From the NCBI GenBank assembly GCA_032718475.1, contig JAUCBJ010002508.1, positions 1 through 35,757 of the forward strand: DNA of 35,757 nt. Reading direction: 5' to 3'. Below the pieces are notes generated by a model. It was given only the letters and a program-made list of their open reading frames with translations, had not been told where the DNA came from and did no database searches. This stretch comes from Nemertoderma westbladi. Lineage: Eukaryota > Animalia > Xenacoelomorpha. How positions within the stretch are numbered: the stretch's first letter is position 1; each line of letters opens with the position of its first letter. Below, in pieces: positions 30,552-35,757 of this stretch. Position numbers and translations under genes: made by a program.

Positions 30552-30769
30552 AGTTGGAAATCTTTGGCTGGAAAATGAAAACAAATAATATTAAGGGAAT
30601 TAGGTCACAATCTTTGCAGATATTGGCGAACAATCACTGAAAGTGAAAATTGTGATCTTGAGCGCAAATTTACCGCAAGAGAAATAAATGCTCGTTTATT
30701 ATAGTTTTGGTTAGAAAACACAGCCCTGTTCCCTGTATCCTGCTTGATTCCCTTAATTTATTAAATTAA

Positions 30770-31022
30770 TGTGACGGGATCATGGTTGGCGTGGAATCCT
30801 GACTGGTTTACATTATGATGTTTTGCTACGCGTCGCTGATTAGAGAATACTGACTGGCCACTGAGGTCAGGATTGTTAATTCACCTCTTGGCTAGCCCCA
30901 TTGCATCATCCCTTTGCTGGTATGCCCTATTGGATACCTTAATGGCCAACTTGAAAAATTGCCCCCCCCCCCCCCCCCCCATTTTGTGGTTTAAAATGCT
31001 TAGCGGAATGGATCCGCTAACA
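30770..31022 (+). mobile_element. 253-bp TG..CA element, copy C of the TGTGACGGGATC family
   Basis: 5-bp TSD ATTAA (30765-30769 / 31023-31027). Starts TGTGACGGGATC, ends GGAATGGATCCGCTAACA. Confidence 0.88.
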
Positions 31023-31394
31023 ATTAACTTCATATTTCAAACCCACTAAACACACATTATTGGTGTTTGAATAAGAAGAAAAAGTTTCAAAGTATACAGT
31101 ATACAGTAGAGTATGAAATAGAAAAATATTCAAACTGAACTTTAATTTGAAACTTTTACTTTTTTCGTCTTTAATGTGAAACTTTTTTATGTTTACTACT
31201 TTAGTTTGAAACTTTTTTTACTTTTTTCGGCTTAAAAAAAGTTTAATACTTTTTAATCACCAATAAAAAATGGAGACGAAATTGACCTAAATCAGCCACC
31301 ATAATTGTTTTGTAACTAAGAAATTGATTTATGTAACGGAAACAGTCTTTATAGCGGAGATTTATGCGAAAATTTATAAACAATAAGGAAGCAG

Positions 31395-31440
31395 CAAGGC
31401 GGCTGGCTACCTGGAATACTAGGTATTCCAGGTAGCCTTG
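31395..31440. mobile_element. 46-bp TIR-only element (P- or hAT-like)
   Basis: 8-bp TSD GGAAGCAG (31387-31394 / 31441-31448). CAAGG..CCTTG ends. Perfect 15-bp stem GGCTACCTGGAATAC-TAG-GTATTCCAGGTAGCC. Confidence 0.8.
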
Positions 31441-33179
31441 GGAAGCAGGTTTAATGCGAAATTAGCTTAACACGTCTGTACCAATGATATATTTGCAACT
31501 GCCCTGATTAGTTTATATCACATTAATTTTAACATTTTTATTTCATATGCATTGTTTTTAAAAACTAATTTCTTGTAATGATCTCTGATAGATTAATTTT
31601 TACTGTGCATTAGCGCCTAGATCACCATAAATATTGCGCTATATAAACAGAAAAATTATTATTAATATTATGATAATTCTATCGTGAAACCAGTCTCAAA
31701 CTCTGGTCGAATAATAATTTAACATATAAAAGAATATAAGTATATTATTTCGGCCAGTTGGCAATATTAGAGGACCTAGGAATTCGAAACTGGGTATGAA
31801 GAAAAATTAATTAGCAGGGCATAAAAATGTAAATATTGTTTACAAAATTCTTAACTTTAATTTTACATAACGGTACAAAATTAAGTGTGGTATTCAACCA
31901 GTTTTACATGATCTTTCATTTTAGACATTTAATTATTAAGTTCTCTAAACCTAATAATGAATTACTTTCTCCTTACACGTCACATTTAAGGTAAGAATTC
32001 AAACTAAATTAATTAACTAATTTAGTTACCGAGTGAAAAATAACTAACAAATTAATAATCAGAAAATATATATTTAAATGAAATATTTAAAGACTCTTAC
32101 TAACCTGGGTCTTGACTAATAGATTTGTATAATATATTAATTACATTTATGTTATGATTAATTTATTATTAGTTATTACTAATAGGCCTATAGCTTTAGA
32201 AACGTTTCTACAAGAACGAGATTATCATTAAATTATATAAATATACTAAATATATACATTGATCGATGTTTATATACCAATATTATTAGTGCATGTTAGC
32301 TGCCCACAATTAGATACAGAAAGCAGCTATCTGCTAGTCAGTGTGTGAGCCATAGTTAGTGCAAGCCACACCCTCAGATAAATTCAATGGCCCCGATAAT
32401 TCAGTTTGTAATTCCGACTTTAAAATCATCTCAGTTGGTAACTAGGCGTAACTGCGTTAATTGCTACTGTATAATTATAACAATAACCATTTACTTCCTT
32501 ATAAGTTAATGAGAATAATGCCTACAAACGTTTCAAAGGAAGTGAACCAGTATAATAATTTACAATATTTTAGTTTCTCCCTCTCAGGCCTCACCTTCGG
32601 TCCTTGTGGTCATATAATGAAGAGCTACTACACTGGCAGTGGTATATCACCTCTACGGAAAACCCGTTGTTTGCAGTAGCAATAAAAAAAACTACTAAAC
32701 GTGCAACAATCACCATCAATCGTAGCTGTTAGGTCAGCAAACATAAAATGATTCAATTGACTTTAACCAACTGCAATATTATTTACCGAATTATTGATGG
32801 AATGAAATTGATAGAAATGGCACTAGAAATCTCAAACTTATAATTTTCAGCACTGGGTAAAAATTTAATGATAAAATGTATTTAATTAGTATCAACGCAG
32901 CAGAAAACCAAAGTGCGAATATATAGCATAATAAAAGTCATACTGTCAAACTTGTGTTCAAAATGAAAATACCTGATTGCTTGAAAACTACTGCCTTTTA
33001 TAGTAACTAAATGATTTCAAATGGATTCAGGGCCTCAAAAAAACCTCTATAGAAAAAAGATTTGATGAAAATTATAACTTATAAATTTATTTAAACAGTG
33101 AGTTTAACAAATCCTCGCCAAGGAAAGGACATCATCCTTGGCAAGTGATAATTAGGGGTCAACTCCATATTGACACCAA

Positions 33180-34412
33180 ACACCAGGTTTATAAGGGGAC
33201 CATGGACCCATTTTGGCACTTAGAAGGATATTTGAAGAGTTATCAAAAAAGAAAGACAGGCATCTGGCTTTTATCTTTGTTGACTTCTTCAAGGCCTTTG
33301 ATTCAGTCTCTCGCTCACGTATGTTCAGCATACTTTCATTATATGGGATTCCTGATGAAATTATTGCAGCAATCAGATCAGTATACGATGGTTCGACAAC
33401 ATTTGTGTCTACTGTTGACGGTGACACAGAACCATATGAAGTGTTATGGGGCGTCCTCCAGGGAGACACACTTGCACCATTCTTGTTCATAATTGTGGTT
33501 GACTATGTTCTACGCATGTCCTTAGATCATCATAATGATGATGGGGTGATGATAACTCCACCTACTGGCTCCAGAAGTCGAGGAAATCCTGCCAAGTACC
33601 TAACTGATCTAGACTGATGACTTAAGAGTACTCTCAGAATCACTAGAGGGAGCCCAACGGCTCCTCAAGCTTATTAGAACATGCTGCTTCTAGTGTTGGT
33701 CTTTTTATTAACTCCAGAAAGACCAAAATTTTGACAGTTAACTTTGAAAGTTATCAGCAAGTCTCTGATCGGATGAGCATAAGCTCAAAGGATGGTATGC
33801 TTGAGCATGTGGACGACTTATATTACCTGGGATCATAGATCCGGAAGTCAGGTGAGGACCTTCGAATACGTAAGGGAAAGGCATGGGCAGCCTTGAATAG
33901 GTTTTCCAGGATTTGGAAGTCACCGAGAATTAATCGAAAACTTAAGGTCCGAATATTTAGAGCAGCAGTAGTGCCAGTACTCCTCTATGGGAGTCCATGC
34001 TGGGCTCTAACTCTAGATGGCACATTCACAAGAATGCTACGCCGGGTTCATTGTGTCAAGTACAACGCACACATCTCCAACCAGACACTATATAACATTG
34101 GAGGTGTCTCATTGGTTCCCCCAAGCTTGACACTAGAACAAAATCGCCTTCACTTTGCAGGACATTGCTTTCGCCGTGAGGACCAGCCAGTGCATAATCT
34201 TGTACTTTGGCAGCCTCATGGAGTGAATGAGCATGGTGGACAGCACATGACTTTCTTGAGACGCCTCTTAAAGGACACTGGCCTTGAAGATGCGGATGAT
34301 CTAGCAAATGTCATGGGTGATAGGGAGTTGTGGCGGCGCAATTTTGTCGACAAGCCGGCACAGCATTCTTAAAAATGCAGCTGCAATGCAGCATGCCGAT
34401 ACTAGTAGTAGT
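33180..34412 (+). pseudogene. Second RTE-clade family, RT to 3' end, degenerate
   Basis: ILALRRIFEE..FVDFFKAFDSV..GVLQGDTLAPFLFIIVVDY..LTDLD (33213-33617) and IFRAAVVPVLLYGS..FAGHCFR..MGDRELWR (33893-34372). Short (TAG)n tail at ~34403-34411. Confidence 0.88.
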
Positions 34413-35757
34413 TATAAGGGGTCATAATTCACGAATTAAACAGTCAGTAACATCCGGTCTTGTAGATGTAGATGGCAGCCCAGCCAGCCTCTGGCACGCT
34501 TGGTTCTGCTTCTCGGCAATCGGACCACACTGTCCCCATACCCAACCCACATTGCCTCGCCTGGCATTAGTGGGGCTTAGGGAGCGTGGGTAGTTCCCGC
34601 AGAGAACAGAGCTTTTGGCCAACCAGCCCTCTAGTGCTTGCGCACTCTACCCGCTGGCTTCTAAGTACGTCCCAGGACCAACTGCTTGACGACAATAAGT
34701 AGTACTATCTACCCGGGTTTTGACTCAATAACAAGTCTAACAAATCGTTGAAGGACCATGTACTATGCGAACTATTTTCAAGTCAGTATTGTCACCGCGA
34801 AACCAAAAACAATAAACAAGTATGTTAACACTAGGAATGTAAAAGCCTTTGCTGAATTGCCCCGTTATTTTTATTATCTTTTACATTAAAATACTCCGTA
34901 GTTGATTTAATAAGTGTAAGAGACCGTATTATTGCTGTATCTGTGTTTTTAGAGGATCTAAGACCTATTTCCTCCGTATGTGTACTGTGAAAGGCATATT
35001 TTATGATTCTATGGCAATTCGTGACGCAAAAGGGTGATAGCTACTCTTGAACAGTAGTTACTATGACTACGGTTAACAGCTGACATTCATACGTGTTGAT
35101 TTCCTTTGTTCTACGGCGTCTCTCAGTTCAGTCAGCCAATGAGAGCGTTTTTGTGGCTCCTTGTACAGAGAATTTCCGAGAAATGACGCAATGCCTATGT
35201 GCAGTGCTTACATTCAGTCTTGAGCCAAAGAAAGAACGGCTTAGAAATATTTTGTGCTGTACTGCTTTTTAGTCGTACACTGGTAGGTTTAATTATAAAG
35301 GGCATATATCCTTTAACAAACGGACTGACGGAACTGCATGCCTATGTGCACTGACATACCGGTGCTGATTTGTTGTTTTATACTGCTATTTGCTGTCAGT
35401 TCTTCATAATATGGTTGATGAATTATTATATTTGGAATAACGATAAACAACCCCGAAACCCAATGTTCTTGATATACCGAAGGTAAGAGAGAAGGGTTAC
35501 AGATAAACGATTGTGACTTATGTTAAAGTGGTTTGAAGTGAATCTAATGTTATTTGATAGACCCTACATGAGTCAGCCTGTGTTCCTTTTATATGTGACT
35601 AAAATCAGTGAAGATTGGCAGATTAGTGTGCAGTATTGTGCAGCATAGTGTATGAGTGAGTCTGTTAAAGAAGCAATTCCTAAAGAATGCGCCATATATG
35701 TGGATTATAATTAAGCCATATCGTTGCGAGTAGTTTAAGTCATAACTCTGTTTATGT

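Noticed and set aside
32570-32735. Plus-strand exon after tttctccctctcag
   Set aside because: Good acceptor, but no partner exon, clear donor or recognisable peptide.
34520-34600. HDV-like ribozyme
   Set aside because: On both strands either P1.1 (CC/GG) or the J4/2 catalytic-C linker is missing.
35015-35315. Host promoter or Kolobok/Crypton end (CCAAT, TGACGCAA twice, ..CCTTTAA)
   Set aside because: Motifs are short and I could not find a matching opposite terminus or a supported first exon.

Overview
AT-rich animal (probably invertebrate) genomic DNA, made almost entirely of nested transposable elements around one small putative host gene. The centrepiece is a young minus-strand BEL/Pao LTR retrotransposon (10622-21491) with very long LTRs (5' LTR 1602 bp; 3' LTR missing its last 64 bp), gag-pro and RT-RNH-INT split by a 1-bp frameshift, and no tRNA-type PBS. 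Instead, the 14 nt right after the 5' LTR are perfectly complementary to a segment about 30 nt downstream of a TATA/Inr start site inside the LTR. This is the geometry of Tf1-style self-primed reverse transcription, here in a BEL/Pao element (best finding). Second, three short TG..CA elements with 5-bp TSDs (1638-1953, 26546-27106, 30770-31022) have divergent interiors but share termini, a TACGCGTC motif and three covarying hairpins. Third, three phase-compatible exons (30497-30551, 22914-23059, 22717-22824, minus) would encode an unrecognised 102-aa secreted protein whose 7.4-kb intron holds a CR1/RTE/solo-LTR/piggyBac-MITE nest. Also present: two CRE-like RLE retroelement 3' ends (one with its last codons amplified into a minisatellite), Crack/L2, CR1 and RTE relics, a YqaJ/ISL2EU-like fragment, tRNA-derived SINEs, Helitron-like ends, a foldback element and a 46-bp P-like mini element. 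All calls come from reading the sequence by eye; no searches or folding programs were run.
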